Shown: one piece after another, positions 13,968 to 25,200 of the stretch
Layout of the letters: every line of letters begins with the position of its first letter
How positions within the stretch are numbered: position 1 is the first letter of the stretch
Origin: Macrostomum lignano
Taxonomy: Eukaryota
Assembly: GCA_002269645.1 (NCBI GenBank)
Contig: NIVC01000037.1
Location: 558,001 to 622,000, forward strand
Length of the DNA: 64,000 nt
Direction of reading: 5' to 3'
Notes under the pieces: model-generated
The model's database searches: none
What the model was told of the DNA's origin: nothing
The model's input: only the letters and a program-made list of their open reading frames with translations
Program-made: the position numbers and the translations under genes

Positions 13968-14337
13968 CGCTTATAGCAGTGCGCGCTTATGCAGCCTTCA
14001 CTAAAGAAAAGGCCCAATTAGGTGCCGATGCATTCTACAAAAAATCCGTCTAAAAGATTCGAAATCAGTACTTTTAATTTGCTTGGTTTGCGGTATTCGA
14101 CTCGCAGCCCCCCCCCCCTCTTAAGTTACTGCGCGCTTCTCACCGCAGAATCGAAAGCACGCCAGAGGGCAAATTCTCAGTTTCACGACTTGAGCAGATG
14201 CTTAAATTTCTTAAATTTTAGAATAGCCGAGGTTCTAAAATATATTTATTGGCTGTATCGGGTCTGAGCAGCATCGGACCTACCACCGAGGTTTTCAATT
14301 CAGAAAGGGTTAGCAGGGCTTGCTTGGTTCGCCTTTT

Positions 14338-15034
14338 TCACAGGCTTCTGCTTTCGATTTTGCTGCTTGCTGCTTCTGCTGCTTCAGCTACCCGCGTGGC
14401 GGAGAGGGGAGGACGGGTGGAGGGCGGAGAAATTAATTAACTATTCGGTGTTAATTAAAGTTTTATGCTCACGCCGGGCGAGAGAAATGCCGTATCCTAC
14501 ATGCATATTAGCCTGTATACAGTGCCGGCTTTAGATGGCTCAGTCTGGGCCGCTTGCGTTTCCAACAGCCAGCTGAGCTCAGCTTTGACTCTTCTGTCAC
14601 TGAACCTGCCTCTCAGCTTTGATTCTTCTGTCACTGAATCTGCCTCTCAGCTTTGACTCTTCTGTCACTGAATCTGCCTTTCAGCTTTGATTCTTCTGTC
14701 ACTGAATCTGCCTCTCAGCTTTGATTCTTCTGTCACTGAATCTGCGCCTCTCAGCTTTGATTCTTCTGTCACTGAATCTGCCTCTTAGCTTTGACTCTTC
14801 TGTCACTGAATCTGCCTCTTAGCTTTGACTCTTCTGTCACTGAATCTGCCTCTCAGCCTTCTTCATCATTCCTCTGAATCTGTGTTTTGAGCCCCAAAAG
14901 ATGAAATACTTACGCGCCTCCTCGGGCAGCCTGTCGGCATCGGGTGCCAGCATGAGGTGCGCCGGCGTCAGCAGCAACAGCGTCAGCAGCACCAGCATCG
15001 GTGCGAGCTGCAGTCGACCCCAGGTGTTCGCCAT
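14338..15034 (-). CDS. Candidate small secreted peptide precursor, 3 exons, 64 aa
   Basis: Exons 14914-15034 (MANTWGRLQLAPMLVLLTLLLLTPAHLMLAPDADRLPEEA, donor GTAAGT), 14473-14496 (24 nt; ctaat...tgtag acceptor, GTGAGC donor), 14338-14387 (long pyrimidine tract acceptor, TGA). Hydrophobic signal-peptide-like core; AATAAA at 14250-14245. No homologue recognised. Confidence 0.45.
14577..14860. repeat. 34-bp minisatellite in intron 1 of the candidate peptide gene
   Basis: ttcttctgtcactgaatctgcctctcagctttga, about 8 copies. Confidence 0.95.
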
Positions 15035-15194
15035 GCAATCAGCACAAAGGTAAACCAATAAACTAATTTTCACACCTGTTCCTTCAAGAGAATTATCAAA
15101 GCCGATAATTGAGTCAGTTGGTCATTTTTCTTCTAACCAAAGTTTTTTCTCTAGAAAAATGTTTCTCTTCCCTCTACTCGCGCGATCAAAAAGG

Positions 15195-15325
15195 GGAAAG
15201 TGGGCGGAGCTGGACGGAGGAGAAGGCCGCAAACATTGCGGGTTTGGCTCACGCATGGCGAACCAATGAGACGAGGGGGGGGGGGAAAGTGAGAAGGCAG
15301 CGACGTGAGTCACATGGCTGGCTAA
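15195..15325 (-). promoter_or_regulatory. Putative promoter cluster upstream of the small secreted-peptide gene
   Basis: GGGCGG box (~15202), CCAAT (~15263) and overlapping GACGT/TGAGTCA (CRE/AP-1-like, ~15302-15312), 170-280 nt upstream of ATG 15034. Motif inspection only. Confidence 0.3.
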
Positions 15326-15559
15326 ATGCAGCGGCTGAGTCCGCTTCATTCTGCACTGCCACTTCATTGGGGCACTGGGGCTCGATGCATGCCAGACAGG
15401 TTGTCAGGAAGGGCTGCTGCTTGATTGACAAGCCGGACAGCTGGCAAAGAGCTGGCATTTGGGAGAAATCTGATCAAAATGAGTTTCCATGCTCAGTGCG
15501 GGCCCATTGTGCTCGCATGCTGTTCACGGTACTACTTATCTTTCTGACTCTGTATGCCT

Positions 15560-16472
<913 letters not shown>

Positions 16473-17159
16473 CAAGATATTTTAATTACGAAAGCTTAGA
16501 AAAAAGCAGGTCAAAAATATTCGCAAAGAATTTCCGGAGGCAAATATGACATGAAGAGTGACAAGCGGAGAGGGCAGCAATAGCAGACAGGGCTGAACAA
16601 TGAGCCGGTACTCTATAAATATATCGCAGAGAGTCACTAGGCGGTTTCGCTCTCTCCAGCTGCCGAGTAATCCGATACGCGCAAGGCGTCCGGCTGGAAT
16701 CGGCGCCCAGCTGCAGCCGCCCTCTGCCGCCGTGTATCCAGGCTAGCAGCAGGCCCAGAACTGGGCTATGCAATGCAGAAAGATCTGAAGTGGCCAAAGT
16801 CAAACAATGCCGACACCCTGGCTGCAGAGTCTGCTACCAATTTTTTCGACTCCTAAAATGTGTAAATAATAGCTTCATCAGCCATGGGTTGAGCTCGTAT
16901 CACTTTCCCCGTGGGACTTTTCTGATTCTTGTCAAACACGGCGGGCCTGCTGTGCCTGTCAGCTCTGCCGGAGACAATGGGAGCTGCGCTGGTTGCAAAG
17001 TGGCAAGGGAATTTGCTCTTTGTCTGAGACTCTGGCATCAGTTCCCTTTGTATTTTTCATAATGGGCCAGCTGATGTCGTTCATACATTGCCTGCTGCTG
17101 CGGTCTCAGAGGGAATGGGAATACCTTCCATATATTTCAGCACTGTGGTTACTCAGGAT

Positions 17160-17542
17160 TTGAGCTGAGATGATTGGGGATCTGAGCTGAGATTCCTGGG
17201 GATCTGAGCTGAGATTACTGGGGATCTGGGCTGAGATTATTGGGGATCTGAGCTGAGATTTCTGGGGATCTGAGCTGAGATTTCTGGGGATCTGAGCTGA
17301 GATTTCTGGGATATATGAGCTGAGATTACTGGGATATATGAGCTGAGATTTCTGGGGATCTGAGCTGAGATTTCTGGGGATCTGAGCTGAGATTTCTGGG
17401 GATCTGAGCTGAGATTTCTGGGGATCTGAGCTGAGATTACTGGGATATATGAGCTGAGATTTCTGGGGATCTGAGCTGAGATTACTGGGGATCTGAGCTG
17501 AGATTACTGGGGATCTGAGCTGAAATTATTGGGGATCTGGGC
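17160..17542. repeat. 22-bp minisatellite GGGGATCTGAGCTGAGATTTCT
   Basis: About 17 copies with variants. Confidence 0.95.
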
Positions 17543-17569
17543 AGAGTTCACTATTACTAGCACACACAC

Positions 17570-17740
17570 GCTCACACAGGGTGTACATGTACATCCACCC
17601 TGACTTTCTAAACGTCAGGCATGTGTACACTCTCCGTGCCTTGGGGGTTGGCCCTGGTGCGTACGAACCACAAATTAATGGGGCCGTTCAGGGGAATCAA
17701 ACCCCTGTGACGCTACTAAGCCCCTTTAACACCACTACCT
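17570..17740 (-). mobile_element. Diverged SINE fragment, same family
   Basis: cacgctcacacagggtgtaca...caggcatgtgtacac...gccttgggggttggccc...ggggaatcaaacccc. Confidence 0.5.
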
Positions 17741-18204
17741 AAATTGGCAAAGGTTAAAAAAACACTGGACATTGTCTTCAAGTAATTCGCTCTGTGACTG
17801 CAACACGCACTGGTCTGGTGACTGTCAAGTGGTGCTGCTTGGCCTAGCAGGAGAACCACTTTTTCCGCTATTTTTTTAGACCAAGCATCCTTGTCTCATA
17901 CATAGGTAGGTGCTTCAGTGAGTTCAACAGGACGCCATTCTCAGCGCAAATCCAACTGCTACAAGCAGACCATAAACTCTTCATCGTTTGGGAAAAGCAG
18001 CACAAGCACTTCGGGACAAATTCAGGAAATTCACCCCAGGTTCCGGAGTTCAGTGCTCAACAGGGGGTTGGGAGGAGAGTTGGCCGTGAGCCTGCTTTGT
18101 TCTGCTAGAGATTATAATGGTGTGGCTACAACTTACTTTTTATTGGCAGGAGTCTTTCTGCTCTATTTTGCGTTTATTTGTGTTTCTTTGGTCTGTTTTA
18201 GTTT

Positions 18205-18962
18205 GTGTCTGTTGCAGTCTGTGTCTATTGAACTCTGTGTCTATTGCAATCTGTGCCTATTGCAATCTGTGTCTATTGCAGTCTGTGTATTGCAATCTGT
18301 GCCTATTGCGATCTGTGCCTATTGCAATCTGTGCCTATTGCAATCTGTGCCTATTGCAATCTGTGCCTATTGCAATCTGTGTCTATTGCAATCTGTGTCT
18401 ATTGCAATCTGTGTCTATTGCAATCTGTGTCTATTGCGATCTGTGCCTATTTTTTGCAATCTGTGTCTATTGCAATCTGTGCCTATTTTTTGCAATCTGT
18501 GTCTATTGCAATCTGTGCCTATTGCAGTCTGTACCTATTGCAATCTGTGTCTATTGCAATCTGTATCTATTGCAATCTGTATCTATTGCAATCTGTGCCT
18601 ATTGCAATCTGTGCCTATTGCGATCTGTGCCTATTGCAATCTGTGCCTATTGCAATCTGTACCTATTGCAATCTGTGCCTATTGCAATCTGTCCCCATTG
18701 CAATCTGTGCCTATTGCAATCTGTATCTATTGCAATCTGTGCCTATTGCAATCTGTCCCCATTGCAATCTGTGCCTATTGCAATCTGTATCTATTGCAAT
18801 CTGTGCCTATTGCAATCTGTATCTATTGCAATCTGTGCCTATTGCAATCTGTATCTATTGCAATCTGTGCCTATTGCAATCTGTATCTATTGCAATCTGT
18901 GCCTATTGCAATCTGTATCTATTGCAATCTGTGCCTATTGCAATCTGTATCTATTGCAATCT
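18205..18962. repeat. 16-bp minisatellite TATTGCAATCTGTGCC
   Basis: Source of the Cys-rich ORFs 17918-19127. Confidence 0.97.
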
Positions 18963-21614
18963 GTCTGTCTGTTAGATTTGGACTTGATATTTTTACTTTT
19001 AGAATTTAAAGTATCTCTTGACAAATATTTTTTGACATTTTGGTTTAGTTTTGTATTTTTTGTCTATCTGAGGCGACAGAAAAAGTTGACAGCCACAGCA
19101 GACACTCTCTACGGTACGAGCCAATGAACTGCCGGGTCGCATTGAGAGTCGCAATCAGCGCTTTTATCGCGAACAATGGAGGATCTGAGGGGGGGGCGGC
19201 TATTCACAGCAGAAAGTTAGGAACAAACGGCTAAGCAAAGAGCCTATTAATTGGGTGTTGAGTTTCCAAGGCTTTAGCCGAAGCCTCCTCTAAAAAGGAA
19301 CTCCAACACTTGAGTGCCAATTCTGCCGTTGGCCAGCCAAAATAATTGAGAATGAAAGGCGCGGATAGCTACGAGTATATTGTGAGTGGGAGAAACCGAC
19401 ACACTGCCGCTTCTCCGACGGTCTCTCTCTCTGGCGCGCATTTTCACACTTTCCCTTTTCCTCTCCTCATAGCCCTCGCACAGGCGGCGAGCGCTGTATA
19501 AGGGGAGAAACTCAAGCCGCAATTGAAAGTACCACACAGAGCGGCATTATAAAGGAGCGCATATATAGCGTTCTCAGAGCCGTCTCAAAGCGCTACTTGA
19601 GGCGCCGCCGCGCCTGTCCACTTTTAAATATATGTTCAGCTCCAACTCTTGATTAAACTGGAGTTATACAAAAGACAGCAGCTTTTGTTGCCAAGTAAAC
19701 AGCGCGCAGAAAAAGCGATTATTTTGTGCGCAAAAGTAACAAAGACCCTTTGCTTGATTCGAACACGGAAGTTGCAGTCTACACGCCGGTCACATGGTGT
19801 ATTGATTCCGTAACAAATTCCAAGATTCGAGCGCCTTTCTGTTACTAACAGACTAATTTAACAGACTACTAACAGTAAACCAATGGCGAAATTTTGCAAT
19901 AAAAGCGAATTTTCCATTAAGTAACAGATCAGGTGCTTGAAATTAGGCAAAAAATAGTCTTTTTTCACAGTCAATATTACATATTCAGAGACAGCTTCAA
20001 AAGTCTAAAAAGTCAAAATCCCGAAAAATAAAAATGCACAAGAGAGATGACCCTCCACAGCAGATCCTTCACAGAACGCACAGATCCTTCACAGCACAGA
20101 TCCGCCTCAGCACAGACCCTCCTCAACACAATCTCCACAAAATCACCCTGCCTTGGGGTTGGCCCTTATGGCATTACGTTCACCGCCGAGTGCCCACCCC
20201 AACTTGGCGTGTTGCCACCAAGGACGACTAGTGTCTTACCAGTAAATCTTTCTTCCTGTATCTGCTACCCTGCTAGTTTGGAGTTTCGTCTCTTTTGACG
20301 TTCTTTCTTGTTTATTTTGACATAATAAAATCAGCAGTTTTAGATGAATTTTTTAGTATATAGGACTGTACTGTTGACAAGTATTTTGAGCTGTTAAAGT
20401 CCGAATTATTCAACTTATTGATGTCTTAACTGAAAGAGCATATGTTACTGCCTATTCTGCGACAAAATAAGCATCTTACGATCAATATCGTGCACAGGAG
20501 ATACATTAAAAAATCGACCTCCAATGAAATTCTGAGTCTAGTGTCCTTCTACTTAAGTAGTCCTTGATTGCCACCCAGAAAAAAACTGACAATCGAAGGT
20601 CACAATTCACAGTTCTAATGAGTGTGGGATATCCAGTTCCGCCAGAGTGTCAGAGCATGGCAAATATATTTATTAGTATTTTAATAGGCTTAGAATGTAC
20701 ATGCAAATATAATATTATATCATATTTGAATCCCCAACTCAGCACATACTACTCTCAGCGGATACAGCATATAACAATGGCAAAAGACAGTCACAGACAA
20801 GTAGACAGAGCAGCACACAGCTAGATAAAAAGCAAATTTAACAAATAAATGAATCGCACAATTTTTTTATCAGAGAAATTTCGCTGACAACATTTTTTGC
20901 ACAAGATTTAATTGTTGATAAGACTGAATCAAACCGAGTCAGTGAGTAAAGGCTCAGTGCTAATTACCCTCTAAACAATGCCGCATATGTCTCCTATTGC
21001 AAATCTCCAATCAGCCAATGGAAAGTGTGCATACAGCAATGTTAATTGCATTATTTATTTACTTGATTCTTAAAAAGCTCTATAGAAACCATAAAGAAAT
21101 ATATTAAAATGCTGCCCAAGTCATGCAATCACAAGCACACACACATTTATACAAGCAGCAAAACAATCACCCGCACCACTTGACTACTACTTTTGAGCGT
21201 CTGTAAAGAGTTTTGTCGTGAAAATTTGTGCATGAAAATAAATTAATTGCATATTATTTACTAGTTTTCATTAAACCATCAATTAATTATTGTAACGTCA
21301 GATCTGCGTCGGGTTTTCTTAGCCATAGACAAAAGCTCGGAACAAATATTAACTCAGATTGTAGTCAGTATGAACCATGGGGATGATTAAAAGCATAGAC
21401 TGCTTGTCTGCCTTAAATTTGGGGGTACAACTACACTACTTAATTATCTTTACTCTATTATTTGTCTATTGTAAATTTATATCGCAGAAGTCTCTGATAA
21501 TGAGCACTGCAGAGATTCGGCATTGCAGCTTTTACCATAGACAACAAAGGAATCTTCAGTAGCCAATTGGTGCGAACGGGGCTTCGCGGAGCAAAATTGA
21601 ACCCCCCCCGTTTA

Positions 21615-22035
21615 AGCTTTGAGTCAGTTTGAGCTTAGGAGCAGTTAGTTGCTTTATAATTCAGAGCATACATGCGCACCCCTTGATTTACACCGGCCGT
21701 GCCAAAAATTCGACTTACCTGTGAAAGAAGCCTAAGCAAAATTAACGTCATTTTGAGTAAACGGCGGGAGTAAGTATAACTCTACTATTAAGGCTTAATA
21801 CCTCGTCATCTAATTAGTACTACGTCAGTATTTTTGGGGGGATTTTTGCGACTTACCTTGGCTGGGCCCCTCGCCAGTCGGCCGGGTGTTGCGCAAGTAC
21901 GATCCAGAGTGGCAGAACGCTACATTAAAGACAACTGCTGGCTGTCCAAAAGTTTAGCAGCAGTTGTCTTGAGTATAGCGTTCTGCCTTCTGGATTAAGT
22001 CATCTGCTCCTAAGCTCAAACTGACTGCAAAAAGC
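21615..22035. other. Foldback element enclosing the 28S fragment
   Basis: Perfect 23-bp inverted repeat AGTCAGTTTGAGCTTAGGAGCAG (21622-21644 / 22004-22026), an inner stem caccggccg/cggccgggtg, and an internal ~94-nt hairpin (21902-21995). No clear TSD. Confidence 0.7.
21757..21818 (+). pseudogene. Degenerate 28S rRNA fragment (H68-H71 region, R2 target)
   Basis: GTAAACGGCGGGAGTAA (17 nt) and CCTCGTCATCTAATTAGT (18 nt) are identical to the conserved eukaryotic 28S sequence GTAAACGGCGGGAGTAACTATGACTCTCTTAAGGTAGCCAAATGCCTCGTCATCTAATTAGT, separated by a diverged spacer of similar length. Not an rRNA gene. Confidence 0.85.
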
Positions 22036-22234
22036 CGTAGCAAAAAACTGGCTGACAAAGATGGAGACTGTTTTGCAACAAAAGCCGGACGGCATTGGGG
22101 CAGAGGAAATCTTGCCTAAACAGTTCAAAAACACGCATTAAAACAAACAAATTGACCAGACAGACAGATACACAAAATGTTTCAAATTTAACAATAATGA
22201 ACAATAATAAATATAGGCGCACAGCAGCAGCAGC

Positions 22235-25200
22235 TCAGGATCTGTGCAGATTGCGGCTGAGCACGCTGCGCACGTCGGTGACAAACCGCAGCGAGTCCAG
22301 CACTGGCAGCAGCGCCAGTAGGGCCGTGTCCGAACTGTCCGAGAACCACGACACGATGGGGATGGCGTTCTCTGCGGATGGTGGGTTTGGATAAGAGAGA
22401 TCGCCTACTGAAGAGTAGCATGAGATGAGTGCGACGAGGATCCTTAAAGTGTGTCTACAAAATGTACCCACAGGCGAGATTCTGGCTCAGTGGTTGAGAT
22501 GGATTGATGACAACAAATAACTCAGACACCTGTCGCGAGTTTGAAACTCACTTTTGAAACTCATAAACTCGGGATCTAGTTAATTATTAGAGCTTTTTAT
22601 CACGGCGAGGCTAGGACCTGGGAGACTGGCCTAGCAACTGAGGATCTAAGAGGCTGGCCCAGCAACTGAGGATCTGAGAGGCTGCCCTAGCAACTGAGGA
22701 TCTGGGAGACTGGCCTAGCAACTGAGGATCTGAGAGGTTGGCCCAGCAACTGAGGATCTGGGAGGCTGGCCCAGCAACTGAGGATCTGGGAGGCTGGCCC
22801 AGCAACTGAGGATCTGAGAGACTGGCCCAGCAACTGAGGATCTGGGAGGCTGCCCTAGCAACTGAGGATCTGAGAGGCTGCCCTAGCAACTGAGGATCTG
22901 AGAGGTTGGCCCAGCAACTGAGGATCTGGGAGGCTGGCCCAGCAACTGAGGATCTGAGAGGCTGCCCTAGCGATTGAGGATCTGAGAGGTTGGCCCAGCA
23001 ACTGAGGATCTGGGAGGCTGGCCCAGCAACTGAGGATCTGAGAGGCTGGCCCAGCAACTGAGGATCTGGGAGGCTGCCCTAGCAACTGAGGATCTGGGAG
23101 GCTGCCCTAGCAACTGAGGATCTGAGAGGCTGCCCTAGCAACTGAGGATCTGAGAGGTTGGCCCAGCAACTGAGGATCTGGGAGGCTGGCCCAGCAACTG
23201 AGGATCTGAGAGGCTGCCCTAGCGATTGAGGATCTGAGAGGTTGGCCCAGCAACTGAGGATCTGGGAGGCTGGCCCAGCAACTGAGGATCTGAGAGGCTG
23301 GCCCAGCAACTGGGGATCTGGGAGGCTGGCCCAGCAACCGAGGATCTGGCAGAGTAACACAGCTTGAGGACCCGGGGAATGTGGAAGGCAGGTAATAGGC
23401 ACTGGGGAACACAAAAAGCAAGAATAAAGTCAACCTCTCCCACCTGGAAAAGTGCGATAAGCTCCCGGAGAATAGTCCAGAATAAAAACGGAGCCCAGGT
23501 CGGGCGACACGGCGGCCAGATTCTTGATGTAGCTGCCGTTGTCAACTTGGCAGTCCTGCCTATAGAAGCCGCGCTTCAGAATCTGGCGGCCATTGTCCAG
23601 CCGCTGGGCCACGGCCTCGCCGTAGATCTGGAGAGATGCGGTGAACACCACCAGGTCGTACCACTGGCTGACGACGTCTAGAAAGAAGTCAACGTGAGGC
23701 CGCTTGCGCACGAAGAAGCGGACATTGTGCCGGTCGATGCGCACCTGCGGAAGCGGACAATGGGGTGGATAGTTGATTGCGGCCGAACTGAAATCCGCAT
23801 TATTCCACACCTCGTACTAAAATCCCATTATTTCACATCTCATAGTGAAATCCCATCATTCCACACCTCATAGTGAAATCCCATTATTTCACATCTTATA
23901 GTGAAATCCCATTATTCCACACCTCATACTGAAATCCCATCATTCCACATCTCATAGTGAAATCCCATTATTCCACACCTCATACTGAAATCCCATTATT
24001 TCACATCTCATAGTGAAATCCCATCATTCCACACCTCATAGTGAAATCCCATTATTTCACATCTTATAGTGAAATCCCATCATTCCACACCTCATACTGA
24101 AATCCCATCATTCCACATCTCATAGTGAAATCCCATTATTCCACACCTCATACTGAAATCCCATCATTCCACATCTCATAGTGAAATCCCATTATTCCAC
24201 ACCTCATACTGAAATCCCATTATTTCACATCTCATAGTGAAATCCCATCATTCCACACCTCATAGTGAAATCCCATTATTTCACATCTCATAGTGAAATC
24301 CCATCATTCCACATCTCATAGTGAAATCCGCATTATTCCACATCTCATACTGAAATCCCATCATTCCACATCTCATAGTGAAATCCAATTATTCCACATC
24401 TCATATTGAAATCCCCATTATTCCACATCTCACATTGAACTCCTATTATTCCACATTTCATACTCAAACTCTCAAACTCACGTGAACAATGAAGTCTGCT
24501 GGCTGTTTTGTCTGGCCTCCCATCTGCACCAGGCCGTCATGCTGAGAGTGAATCAGAGTCTCGTCCAAATCCAGCACAAGGGTTTTGCGCCTGACCCGGC
24601 CTGCAGTTGGTGGCATCGGGCCAGTTTGCTTGTGCCAAAAGTTACAATAAAAATATTGCATTGCATTGAAAAAATTAATAGTAAACTTACTTAGTCGCAA
24701 TTTGGAATGCGGCGACAGTGGAGCAATGTCATATCTGACTGTTCTGTATTGCTGGATCTGGGAAAGATATTTATAGATTAATATTCAAATTCAAATTTAG
24801 TAAGATTTATTTAAACATACCTTGCAACTTCATTTTTGTTGTCCTATATTTTTCTATTGACTTTTCAGTTTATATTTCCATTTTCTATCCCATTGTATCA
24901 GTAGCGAAACCAGAAATTTTTCAAGGGCGGATTCTGAGGGTAAAGTCCCGGGAGGGGGGGGGTGGCGGAGGGGTGGCTCTGTTTTTGGCGAAAATTCGCT
25001 TGGTCTCCCCTTTGATTTTTTTTTTGGTCCCCCGCCTAAGGGGGGGGGGAGGGACCGCCCTCCCCGCCCCCCCTGGTTGCGCCACTGCATTGTATTGATG
25101 TTTTGTAGAGTTCTAATGTAACCATAATTTTTCTATATTTATATCCATACTCTATAGCCATTTAAAGTTTCTCCTTATAGTCTATATATATATCTATAGC

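Noticed and set aside
17918-19127. Cys-rich ORFs resembling metallothionein or keratin-associated proteins
   Set aside because: 16-bp repeat read in three frames; unit length is not a multiple of 3.
21757-21818. C/D snoRNA guide or functional rRNA gene
   Set aside because: No CTGA D-box directly after the antisense blocks; only ~60 nt of rRNA with indels.
21713-21880. U1 snRNA gene (ACTTACCTG followed ~116 nt later by ATTTTTG)
   Set aside because: Lacks U1 loop I (GATCACGAAG) and loop II (ATTGCAC); the interior is 28S-derived.
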